Shown one piece after another: positions 41,746-49,850 of a DNA stretch of 64,000 nt. Under the pieces are notes generated by a model that was not told the origin of the DNA, searched no databases, and saw only the letters and a program-made list of their open reading frames with translations. Each line of letters begins with the position of its first letter. The stretch's first letter is position 1. The DNA comes from Bacteroidales bacterium (GTDB lineage: Bacteria > Bacteroidota > Bacteroidia > Bacteroidales > Muribaculaceae). The position numbers were made by a program, and so were the translations under genes. The stretch is taken from contig SUXH01000006.1 of assembly GCA_015061055.1 (NCBI GenBank), positions 60,923 through 124,922 of the forward strand. The letters run 5' to 3'.

Positions 41746-43227
41746 TTATGCTATAGGTAGCGTGAATTTGAATTCTAATCCGCCATTAGGTCGATTATGC
41801 GCTGTTATAGAACCTCCGCATAAGTTGATTGACTCTTGCACGATTGGTAATCCTAATCCCGTACCACTTTTTTTGTTTTTGTCTTTTTCTAAACGATAGA
41901 AACGATTAAAAAGTTTATCGATTGCATCTTGGGGAACTCCCGTTCCATTATCGTATAATGAGAAGATGATGAATTTATTATTACGAGACAATTCGCAAAG
42001 CACAATGTCAGTGCCATGAGAATAGAAACAACTATTTTTGATAAGGTTGCAAAATACATTATATAAAAGCATTTCATTTGCTCTTACAAAAGTGTCGTGT
42101 TCTATTTCAATTTTAAAGTTCATATTATATTCGCTTAAAGTGAATTTTAAATCCTCTTTGGCGTGATTCACTACTTCGTAAATGTTTATATCTTCAAGCG
42201 CAATATTGCTACTACCATCTTCGATACGATTGATTACGGCTATGTTAACCACCATATTTTGCAGTCGTTGAGTGTTAAGAAGGCATTTCTTTAAGAAATT
42301 CTGTCGGGTATTAAGATCAATGTCGGGGTGGTTGATAAGAGTGTCTAAGTATCCAATAATAATACCGATGGGTGTTTTGATTTCGTGATTTAAATTGTTG
42401 GCTAGAGTGTGTTTGGATTGAAGTTTCTCTTTTTGTTTTTTTATTGCTTGATCACGTTCAAGGTCGTGTTGGCGAATAGTGTCGAGTTGTTTCTTAAAAA
42501 GAGTGTAAAGGTCTTCGGTAATATTGTTGATACCACTCTTGTTTTGCTTTGTTGAGTCATTTGCAAGATCGTTCTCGTCGCTTAGTTGGAGGATGAATCT
42601 CTTTAGGCGGTCAATATTGTTGATGTGTTTTCGCATAAGACTAATGCATGTTATAGCAACAAATGATATAAGTATGACGAGGGTGATCTTTAACGACATT
42701 TCAGACAGAAATCCGGTAAATGTGGTAGTGTCATCGATAGTACATTCGGATATTATATATCGGTCATATTGATCACAGAAAGTAGTACTAACTATACACT
42801 TTTGGTCGAGTATATTATCGTGTATTGTTTGGCTGATAGTGTAGCTTGAGTCTTTTTTGCTCTTGAGTAAATTCTGGATTTCTTTGAATGATAGAATTGA
42901 TGAATTACGCCCAGCCGATGCATTGGAATAAAGTCGTGTTCCTTTACTATTATATATACTTAGAAATACATGTGTGATAGGAGTATTGCTACATTTGAGC
43001 AATATTTTAGGAGCATTATTTATCGCTGATGTGTCGTTGGGGTTGATAGAAAGCAGATAATTATTATATATTTCGAGTTGATTTTTTGCGACATTAATAC
43101 TTGTGTTGGAGTATTTATTCCATAATGCAACAAGGAGTGCCAAAATGACAATCCAAAAAGCGATAAATATTCCGTAGAGGGCTTTGTGGGTGTTGTTAGA
43201 TATCTTGTTCTTGAAATCCATATCCAT
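41746..43227 (-). CDS. sensor histidine kinase
   Basis: Two TM helices flank a sensor domain. H-box HEIKTP, G1 DNGTGV, G2 GTGLGL. It overlaps the response-regulator stop. Confidence 0.85.
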   Translation of the reverse strand: MDMDFKNKISNNTHKALYGIFIAFWIVILALLVALWNKYSNTSINVAKNQLEIYNNYLLSINPNDTSAINNAPKILLKCSNTPITHVFLSIYNSKGTRLYSNASAGRNSSILSFKEIQNLLKSKKDSSYTISQTIHDNILDQKCIVSTTFCDQYDRYIISECTIDDTTTFTGFLSEMSLKITLVILISFVAITCISLMRKHINNIDRLKRFILQLSDENDLANDSTKQNKSGINNITEDLYTLFKKQLDTIRQHDLERDQAIKKQKEKLQSKHTLANNLNHEIKTPIGIIIGYLDTLINHPDIDLNTRQNFLKKCLLNTQRLQNMVVNIAVINRIEDGSSNIALEDINIYEVVNHAKEDLKFTLSEYNMNFKIEIEHDTFVRANEMLLYNVFCNLIKNSCFYSHGTDIVLCELSRNNKFIIFSLYDNGTGVPQDAIDKLFNRFYRLEKDKNKKSGTGLGLPIVQESINLCGGSITAHNRPNGGLEFKFTLPIA

Positions 43228-43975
43228 ATCCTAAACGTGTTGTAATACAACTTCCGTATTTACCTAATTTCTTGCGAAGTCGTGTGATATTAGTGTCGAT
43301 TGTTCGATTGGAAACTCCGCTTGAGTTGTTCCATATCTTTTCGAGGAGTTCTTTTCGTGAGTATATGTTGTTGCGGTGAGTCAGGAAGAAAGAAAGCATT
43401 TCGTATTCTGTCTTGGTAAGATTCACAACAACATCGTTTATATAACATTGCTTAGTGTTTTCATCAATTCGAAGTTCTTTGTAGCTTAATAATGATGTGT
43501 CGGGTGCAGAGTGTGTGATAGGTGCTTTTACTTCGATATGTGTTATAGGTTTCTGTTTTACAGGAGGTTGTTGTATTTGTTTTGAAAGCTCTTTAGTGAC
43601 TCTTGCTCTACGAAGTACGCTTTTTACTCGAGCAATAACCTCGCGAGTACGGAAAGGTTTGGTAATATAATCATCGGCGCCTATGTTGAGTCCCATAATG
43701 TGTTCGTCTTCTCCGCTTAGTGCAGAGCAGAATATGATAGGAGTGTACATTGTGTCGGGGTTCGTTTTTAGTTTTCGAGCCAATTCGAATCCGTCAATGC
43801 TGTCCATCATAATGTCAAGAATAAAAAGTGAATAGCAAGATAAATCAAGTTTTAGAGCATCGACAGCGCTATATGCAATCTCGGTGTCATAACCTTCAAG
43901 CATAAGGTTATATTTCAATATCTCGCAGATTTCTTGTTCGTCGTCTACAATGAGAATTTTAGTTCCAATATTCAT
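43196..43975 (-). CDS. OmpR/PhoB-type response regulator with an extended inter-domain linker
   Basis: Receiver domain (DDE...D...K) and a winged-helix C-terminus (T.TEYE.L..., R.LRKKL). Confidence 0.85.
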   Translation of the reverse strand: MNIGTKILIVDDEQEICEILKYNLMLEGYDTEIAYSAVDALKLDLSCYSLFILDIMMDSIDGFELARKLKTNPDTMYTPIIFCSALSGEDEHIMGLNIGADDYITKPFRTREVIARVKSVLRRARVTKELSKQIQQPPVKQKPITHIEVKAPITHSAPDTSLLSYKELRIDENTKQCYINDVVVNLTKTEYEMLSFFLTHRNNIYSRKELLEKIWNNSSGVSNRTIDTNITRLRKKLGKYGSCITTRLGYGYGFQEQDI

Positions 43976-44125
43976 AGTTTTTTATTGTGTTTGTAATACG
44001 ATTGTAAAATTAGTGATATTTTTGTTAGGATGGTGTTAAAAAAGTATAATATTTAAGGTTTGTGTAACAAAAATATGTTGAAATGATGACTTGTTGTATT
44101 TAAACTGTGTTTTTAGAGGTGTTAT

Positions 44126-44168
44126 AACGAAAAGAAGTTGAGCCAAATGATGAAATGCCCAACCTCTT
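44126..44168 (-). terminator. strand-specific intrinsic terminator of ettA
   Basis: On the minus strand, aagaggttgggc / gctcaacttctt pair over 12 bp with two G-U pairs. These would be A-C mismatches on the plus strand. T-rich sequence follows. Confidence 0.6.
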
Positions 44169-44193
44169 TATAACAGGATAAAATGTAATTATA

Positions 44194-45879
44194 TTATTCA
44201 ATAAGTTTCTTGTAACGAATGCGAGTAGGTTGAGTATCTCCGAGTCTTGCTTTTTTGTTTTCTTCGTAGTCGGAATAAGAACCTTCATAATAGAATACTT
44301 TGCTGTCACCTTCGAACGCAAGAATGTGAGTGCAAATGCGATCGAGGAACCAACGGTCGTGTGATATGATGACTGCGCAACCTGCAAAGTTTTCAAGGCC
44401 CTCTTCGAGCGCACGAAGAGTGTTGACGTCGATGTCGTTGGTTGGTTCGTCAAGCAAAAGTACGTTTCCTTCTTCTTTTAGAGCCATAGCGAGGTGTAGA
44501 CGATTACGTTCACCACCAGAAAGCATACCTATTTTCTTTTCTTGGTCGGCGCCTGTGAAATTAAATTTAGACAGATATGCTCGTGCGTTCATATCTTTGC
44601 CTCCCATACGGAAAGTCTCACAACCTTGTGATACAACTTCATAAACGCTGCTTTCAGGGTGGAGATCTTTGTGATTTTGGTCGACGTAAGCCACTTTTAC
44701 TGTTTCACCTATATCGAATGAACCCTTGTCGGCTTTTTCAAGCTCCATAATAAGGCGGAACATAGTGGTTTTACCAGCACCGTTAGGACCAATGATACCT
44801 ACTATGCCGTTTGGAGGAAGCATAAAGTTGAGGTCGTCAAACAGTACCTTGTCTCCGAATGCTTTTGCAACGTGTTGAGCTTCAATAACCTTGTTCCCCA
44901 AACGAGGACCATTAGGAATGAATATTTCAAGTTTTTCTTCGCGCTCTTTTTGGTCTTCGTTGAGAAGTCTGTCGTAAGATGACAAGCGGGCTTTACCTTT
45001 GGCTTGACGCGCTTTAGGAGCCATACGCACCCATTCAAGCTCTCGTTCGAGAGTCTTGCGACGTTTGCTAGCTTGTTTCTCTTCTTGAGCCATACGTTTG
45101 GTCTTCTGGTCGAGCCATGAAGAATAGTTTCCTTTCCAAGGAATACCTTCACCGCGGTCGAGTTCAAGAATCCATCCGGCAACGTGGTCGAGGAAGTATC
45201 GGTCGTGAGTGACTGCGATTACTGTACCCGGATATTGTTGAAGGTGTTGTTCGAGCCAATCGATAGATTCAGCATCTAAGTGGTTGGTAGGCTCGTCAAG
45301 AAGAAGAATGTCGGGTTGTTGAAGCAATAGTCGACATAGAGCAACACGACGACGTTCACCACCCGAAAGAGTGCCAATTAATTGTTCTTCAGGAGGACAA
45401 CGAAGAGCATCCATAGCTCTTTCTAGCTTGTTGTCAAGATTCCACGCATCTACTGCATCAAGTTTGTCTTGGAGTTCGGCTTGACGTGCAATGAGTTTGT
45501 CCATTTTATCGGGATCTTCAAGAACATCCGGATCTCCGAAACTTTCATTTACTTTATCGAATTCGGCAAGTAGGTCGAGAGTGGGTTGCATACCTTCTTG
45601 TACGATTTCTTTTACTGTTTTGTCGGGATCGAGTTTTGGTTCTTGTTCAAAGTAGCCTACTGAATATCCTGGAGAGAATACCACTTCTCCTTGATATTGT
45701 TTGTCAATACCGGCAATAATCTTGAGCAGTGTAGACTTACCCGAACCGTTAAGACCGATGATACCAATCTTAGCTCCATAGAAGAAAGAAAGGTAGATGT
45801 TTTTAAGAACTTGTTTTTGTGGCGGGTAAATTTTGTTTACTCCCACCATTGAGAATATTACTTTCTTGTCGTCAGCCAT
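44194..45879 (-). CDS. ettA: energy-dependent translational throttle protein EttA (ABC-F)
   Basis: 561 aa; two ABC cassettes (GLNGSGKST, GPNGAGKTT, LSGGE). Confidence 0.9.
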   Translation of the reverse strand: MADDKKVIFSMVGVNKIYPPQKQVLKNIYLSFFYGAKIGIIGLNGSGKSTLLKIIAGIDKQYQGEVVFSPGYSVGYFEQEPKLDPDKTVKEIVQEGMQPTLDLLAEFDKVNESFGDPDVLEDPDKMDKLIARQAELQDKLDAVDAWNLDNKLERAMDALRCPPEEQLIGTLSGGERRRVALCRLLLQQPDILLLDEPTNHLDAESIDWLEQHLQQYPGTVIAVTHDRYFLDHVAGWILELDRGEGIPWKGNYSSWLDQKTKRMAQEEKQASKRRKTLERELEWVRMAPKARQAKGKARLSSYDRLLNEDQKEREEKLEIFIPNGPRLGNKVIEAQHVAKAFGDKVLFDDLNFMLPPNGIVGIIGPNGAGKTTMFRLIMELEKADKGSFDIGETVKVAYVDQNHKDLHPESSVYEVVSQGCETFRMGGKDMNARAYLSKFNFTGADQEKKIGMLSGGERNRLHLAMALKEEGNVLLLDEPTNDIDVNTLRALEEGLENFAGCAVIISHDRWFLDRICTHILAFEGDSKVFYYEGSYSDYEENKKARLGDTQPTRIRYKKLIE

Positions 45880-45912
45880 ATTGTTTAAATAATTATATAG
45901 GGTTGATAACTG

Positions 45913-46479
45913 TTATTTCTTGGCGCTGAAAGCTCGTGTGCGGTAGCTGCAACGTACTTTACCGTCGACGATGTTACGCAATTTGTTACGAATGAGTTGC
46001 TTTCGTATTGCGGAAATGTGGTCGATGAATACTTTGCCTTCCAAGTGGTCGTATTCGTGTTGGAATGCGCGTGCAAGGAATCCTTCGATAATTTCTTCGT
46101 GTGGCTCGAAGTTTTCATCGAGCCAAGTGACTTTGATTTTTTCGATGCGAGGAACTGATTCATGAATGCCTGGCAAGCTTAAACAACCTTCTTCCCGATT
46201 GATTTTCTTTCCGTCCTCGATTATTTCGATTTTAGGATTGATAAGCGTAAATTGTTTTCCTTCAAGTTCGGGATAATAGTCTTTAAGAACATCGACATCA
46301 ATACATATAAGGCGAATGTTAAGCCCAACTTGTGGTGCAGCTATGCCGATTCCGTCGCTGTCGTACATTGTTTCTTTCATATTTTCAATCACCTCTTTCA
46401 ACTTTGGATAGTCGGGAGTGATGTCTTCTGATACTTTTCTAAGTACAGGGTGTCCATAAAGATAAATTGGTAATATCAT
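45913..46479 (-). CDS. def: peptide deformylase
   Basis: GIAAPQ, EGCLS and HEYDH motifs. Confidence 0.95.
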   Translation of the reverse strand: MILPIYLYGHPVLRKVSEDITPDYPKLKEVIENMKETMYDSDGIGIAAPQVGLNIRLICIDVDVLKDYYPELEGKQFTLINPKIEIIEDGKKINREEGCLSLPGIHESVPRIEKIKVTWLDENFEPHEEIIEGFLARAFQHEYDHLEGKVFIDHISAIRKQLIRNKLRNIVDGKVRCSYRTRAFSAKK

Positions 46480-46485
46480 ATTCGT

Positions 46486-46902
46486 TTAAAATTGATTACT
46501 TTGTAAATAGTCGTTAAGAATTATAGTAGCTGCAATGGAATCGACGATTTCTTTGTTTTGACGATCTTTCTTTTTCATTCCACCATCGAGCATTGCTTTG
46601 TGGGCGAGTGTAGACGTGAAACGTTCATCGTACATCACCACCGGTATTTGTGGCAGAACCTTTTTCAATCGGTTTAGAAACGGCGTGATGTATTGCATAC
46701 TTTCGCTGTCTTGTCCGTTGAGCTGTTTAGGCAGACCAACTACAATTTTTTCTACGTTTTCTTTTTCAATATATTTCAACAAGAAATCGATTACGGTGTG
46801 TGAAGGCACCGTAGTAAGTCCATTTGCAACGATTTTAAGCGAATCGGTAACAGCAATACCTGTCCGCTTTCGTCCATAGTCAATTCCTATAATTCTTCCC
46901 AT
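46486..46902 (-). CDS. ruvX: Holliday junction resolvase-like nuclease RuvX (YqgF)
   Basis: GIDYGRKRTGIAV. I prefer the ATG at 46902 over the TTG at 46911. A TAtcTTTG box on the minus strand lies at 46909-46916. Confidence 0.85.
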   Translation of the reverse strand: MGRIIGIDYGRKRTGIAVTDSLKIVANGLTTVPSHTVIDFLLKYIEKENVEKIVVGLPKQLNGQDSESMQYITPFLNRLKKVLPQIPVVMYDERFTSTLAHKAMLDGGMKKKDRQNKEIVDSIAATIILNDYLQSNQF

Positions 46903-47023
46903 ATTTTGCAAAGATAACGAAAATTATTAGGAACTATCAATAAGATTAATTACAAAAATAATGTTTCTTGAAAAAGTAAATTGAAAATGTGTGATAAATT
47001 TTGTGTTAATAAGAAAATATTGT

Positions 47024-47031
47024 TAATTTTG
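47024..47031 (+). promoter_or_regulatory. Bacteroides-type promoter: -7 box TAatTTTG with an upstream TTTG at 47000-47003
   Basis: taattttg. It sits immediately 5' of the GC-rich non-coding segment. Confidence 0.45.
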
Positions 47032-47037
47032 CGGTAA

Positions 47038-47341
47038 CTCAGTCGTCCGGAGGGGCGGAGGGGTTAGATAATTTATTGAAAAGGCGTTTACAAAGCGTTT
47101 ATCTTCCGGTAGCCAAATCTCGCAAATTTGAACCACGCAGGAGGAAAATGGCAACAGTAAGCGTCCACTTTGAGATGATGTATCCGCAAGGCACGTCGCA
47201 TTGTTGTGCGTCGTGGAATATTGTATATATACATTCGTCTTGGCGTGGGCTGGCTGAGTTGCTTATCCTTTGTGTGGTGGGCAATGCGAGAGCCTGGTTA
47301 CCAAGGATGAGTGAAGAGTACAGTTTCCACGTCCTTTTTTT
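47038..47341 (+). ncRNA. unclassified ~300-nt GC-rich structured leader or sRNA upstream of the Cys-repeat operon
   Basis: A GC-rich island in AT-rich intergenic DNA with no credible ORF. There is a local hairpin at 47192-47215 (cacgtcgca/tgcgtcgtg). Nested complementary segments pair 47118-47124 with 47285-47291 and 47133-47138 with 47243-47248. It ends in a T7 run (47335-47341), 55 nt before ATG 47396. Confidence 0.4.
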
Positions 47342-47395
47342 ATCCAAAAAGTAATACTCTGAATCCGGGAAACTATAGGAAAAAATAGATTTATT

Positions 47396-49168
47396 ATGAA
47401 ATCGTTTGTGAAAAGTGTGTTTCCTTTGTTCGGGTTGTTGATGTACCTAACATTTATATCTTGTTCCGATGACCCCGAGATTGAAAAACCACAGTTTGAG
47501 ATGTCGATGAACAAAACCACTTTGGCTCTCGAAGTGGGAACATCAGAAACTTTGGTAGTGTCTTATAATCCTTCTGATACACCCAATCAAGGTCACACTT
47601 GGGGCAGTAGCAAACCGGAAATTGCAACAGTAGATGAAACAGGTAAGGTGACGGCAAAAGCGATAGGGGAGTGTACCGTTACAGCGAGAAGTTTATCAGG
47701 CAATGTAACAACTACTTGTAAAATTCAGGTGGTGGATAAAATTATCAGAGTTACATCGGTAAGCCTGAATAAAATAGCAGCAGAAATCGCTACGGGGGAA
47801 ACGTTGGCTTTGGAAGCAACCATACTTCCAAGCAATGCCACAAATAAAGGAGTTAAATGGACATCAAGTTCCAATGAAGTGGCAACAGTGGATGCGAAAG
47901 GTGTGGTTTCAGCCGTAGCAGAAGGTGAAACAACCATCACCGTGACCACAGATGATAATAACAAAAAAGCAACTTGCAAATTAACCGTTGTTCCTGTGGG
48001 TGTAAAATTTTCTGAGCCAAAGATAGAAAACGTTACCTCTAATTCAGCTTTGATAATAGGCAGTATAGAGCCGAGAGGTGTAAAAATAACAGAAGCGGGT
48101 ATTTGCGTAGCCACAACATCTACACCTACTGTGGATAATGGAAAAATGATGTTATTGCAGGGCGGTTGCACTATATCAACGGTATTAAAAGATTTAAAAG
48201 CAGAAACGACCTATTATCTTCGTTTCTATGCTATTGTAGATGGTAAAGTAAGATATGGAAATCAAACGGTGTTTGAAACACTTCCTGCAGTAACCATTTC
48301 AGCTCCAACTTTCACTGATATATTGGCACATTCTGCTACTGTTAATGGTACAATTTCAGCTAATGGCTCTAATTTAACTGAAACCGGTATCGTATATTCA
48401 AAAACGTCAATGCCCACTATTGCTGACACAAAAGTAGCTGTTTCATCAGAAAAAATTTCATATTCGTTGATGGAACTTGAGGCTTCAACCACATACTATG
48501 TGCGAATATACACAGTTATAGGTGATAAAACGTATTATGGAGAACAAGCAGAATTAGTAACGTGTGATGAACTTATCACACATTTTGAACCATATAGTTA
48601 TAGTTTTGAAGATCATACTAATGACCAATGGGGATATATACATGAATACGGTTATCAGACAATATATATGAAATCTAAAGCACCGAGAGGTTATAAAACC
48701 GTAAATATTTGTTATGCACCAACCAATGAACCTAAAATTACGCATTATACAAAGGCTTTAACTGTAAGCGATGATGGCTATATATATTTTGAGTTACGGA
48801 TTTATTCAGAATATAATCAAGATTATATGGGATTTGATAGTGTATGGAGAATTAGATCATATACAATTACTGGATCTAAGGTAGAATATTCAGATGATAT
48901 GGTAACAATAGCTCCTGTTCTATTTAAGTTTGAATCAATTTTGCCTGATATAGGAAATCGGATGTGTATAGCTGGATTAAGATCTTCTTCAGGTTGCGTT
49001 TATTATAAAAATTTACCGGAAGGATTATATGAATTAATTAAATCTGGAATAACTAACAAAGAATACGAAGAAGGACCTTCTGGTTATTGGTATAAGCATG
49101 AAGAAAGAAACTTCACTTTAAAGCATTTGGAATCGGGAATAACATTTGAATATAAAAAATCTGAATAA
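47396..49168 (+). CDS. 590-aa lipoprotein: two Big_2 Ig-like domains, two Fn3-like repeats and a unique C-terminal domain
   Basis: Lipobox FISC. Big_2-like modules at about aa 30-200, then two ~90-aa repeats ending ..TTYYLRFYA / ..TTYYVRIYT. Its stop is 9 nt before the next gene. Confidence 0.65.
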   Translation: MKSFVKSVFPLFGLLMYLTFISCSDDPEIEKPQFEMSMNKTTLALEVGTSETLVVSYNPSDTPNQGHTWGSSKPEIATVDETGKVTAKAIGECTVTARSLSGNVTTTCKIQVVDKIIRVTSVSLNKIAAEIATGETLALEATILPSNATNKGVKWTSSSNEVATVDAKGVVSAVAEGETTITVTTDDNNKKATCKLTVVPVGVKFSEPKIENVTSNSALIIGSIEPRGVKITEAGICVATTSTPTVDNGKMMLLQGGCTISTVLKDLKAETTYYLRFYAIVDGKVRYGNQTVFETLPAVTISAPTFTDILAHSATVNGTISANGSNLTETGIVYSKTSMPTIADTKVAVSSEKISYSLMELEASTTYYVRIYTVIGDKTYYGEQAELVTCDELITHFEPYSYSFEDHTNDQWGYIHEYGYQTIYMKSKAPRGYKTVNICYAPTNEPKITHYTKALTVSDDGYIYFELRIYSEYNQDYMGFDSVWRIRSYTITGSKVEYSDDMVTIAPVLFKFESILPDIGNRMCIAGLRSSSGCVYYKNLPEGLYELIKSGITNKEYEEGPSGYWYKHEERNFTLKHLESGITFEYKKSE

Positions 49169-49177
49169 ATTTAATCT

Positions 49178-49732
49178 ATGGATTTACTAAATCGTCGTAA
49201 ATTTTTTAGAGAAGCAGGAAAAAGGGTGTTACCGATTCTTGGGGCTATAGCCTTTGGTGGGAGTTTTTTGTCTTGTGAGAAAGATGAACCTACTAGTTGT
49301 GGCAATTCATGTATGGGCAGTGCTCAAAAGGGATGTGGGACGAGTTGTAGCAGTTCGTGTATTGGCTCTGCTAAGAATGGCTGTGGAAGTGGTTGCATGA
49401 CAACGTGTAATGACGGTTGCTCCAATTCATGCCTAAATACAGCAAAAAGCAGTACATGTTCCAATTGTTCATCGTCATGTAGTAGTTCGTGCAGTACTAC
49501 TTGCGAAGGTAATTGTAAGGGAACTTCAACATCATCGGGTTGTAGTGGCTGTAGCAATGCTTGCAGTGAGGCTTGCTCGCAAACGTGTGATCACACTTGC
49601 CGAACAGGCTGTAAGGTATCGTGTCAATTAGCATGTACGACTTCTTGTATTGGAGGTTGTGATACGTCATGTCTTGGCACTTGTAACAGAACATGCCAAT
49701 ATACTTGTAAAAACTCTTCGATGTTTGAGTGA
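49178..49732 (+). CDS. Cys-repeat (CxxxC array) protein A with a twin-arginine signal and lipobox
   Basis: NRRKFFREAGKRVLPILGAIAFGGSFLSC, followed by about 31 Cys spaced mostly every 4th residue (..CGTSCSSSCIGSAKNGCGSGCMTTCNDGCSNSC..). Confidence 0.75.
   Translation: MDLLNRRKFFREAGKRVLPILGAIAFGGSFLSCEKDEPTSCGNSCMGSAQKGCGTSCSSSCIGSAKNGCGSGCMTTCNDGCSNSCLNTAKSSTCSNCSSSCSSSCSTTCEGNCKGTSTSSGCSGCSNACSEACSQTCDHTCRTGCKVSCQLACTTSCIGGCDTSCLGTCNRTCQYTCKNSSMFE
49298..49708 (+). repeat. 12-nt periodic TGY codon array (Cys every 4th codon)
   Basis: TGT/TGC recur with a 12-nt period. The intervening codons are diverse, so this is not a recent slippage array. Confidence 0.8.
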
Positions 49733-49743
49733 GTTAAATAACG

Positions 49744-49806
49744 TTTGGCAGTTCTGGGTGGCTGAAAATATCACTATTATAGTTGCGAAGGACTGCCAAC
49801 CTGCTA
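49744..49806 (+). pseudogene. remnant of the 5' end of a radical SAM maturase gene
   Basis: tttggcagttctgggtggctgaaaatatcactattatagttgcgaaggactgccaacctgct aligns at about 80% identity with 50237-50299 of the intact maturase. That segment encodes SWQSGMAKNITFIVTKDCQLA. The remnant frame reads ..NITIIVAKDCQPAKNK-stop. Confidence 0.7.
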
Positions 49807-49850
49807 AGAATAAATGATTCATTAGTACAAAATAATAAATAATAGGGATT

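Noticed and set aside
47038-47341. Whether the structured RNA is RNase P RNA, tmRNA, SRP RNA, 6S RNA or a known riboswitch (cobalamin, TPP, SAM, FMN, c-di-GMP)
   Set aside because: The signatures I remember are absent: GAGGAAAGUCCGG and ACAGAACCCGGCUUA for RNase P, a tag ORF and CCA-proximal acceptor for tmRNA, GGAAGCAGCC for SRP, the GCCACUG B12 box, and CUGAGA...ACCUGA for TPP. A ggcggagggg match to E. coli M1 RNA is not followed by the P4 sequence. A cmscan is needed to be sure.
47076-47354. 92-aa plus-strand ORF and 82-aa minus-strand ORF inside the GC-rich leader; also a possible 68-codon ORF from ATG 47148 behind an AGGAGGA
   Set aside because: The translations show no protein-like features, and ORFs on both strands overlap the same structured segment. 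Bacteroidota rarely use Shine-Dalgarno sequences. I kept a non-coding RNA as the working call, but a small leader ORF is not excluded.
49324-49694. Minus-strand ORFs (77 aa and 65 aa) antisense to Cys-array gene A
   Set aside because: They are artefacts of the 12-nt periodic, stop-poor repeat. The sense frame has the signal peptide and the strict Cys periodicity.
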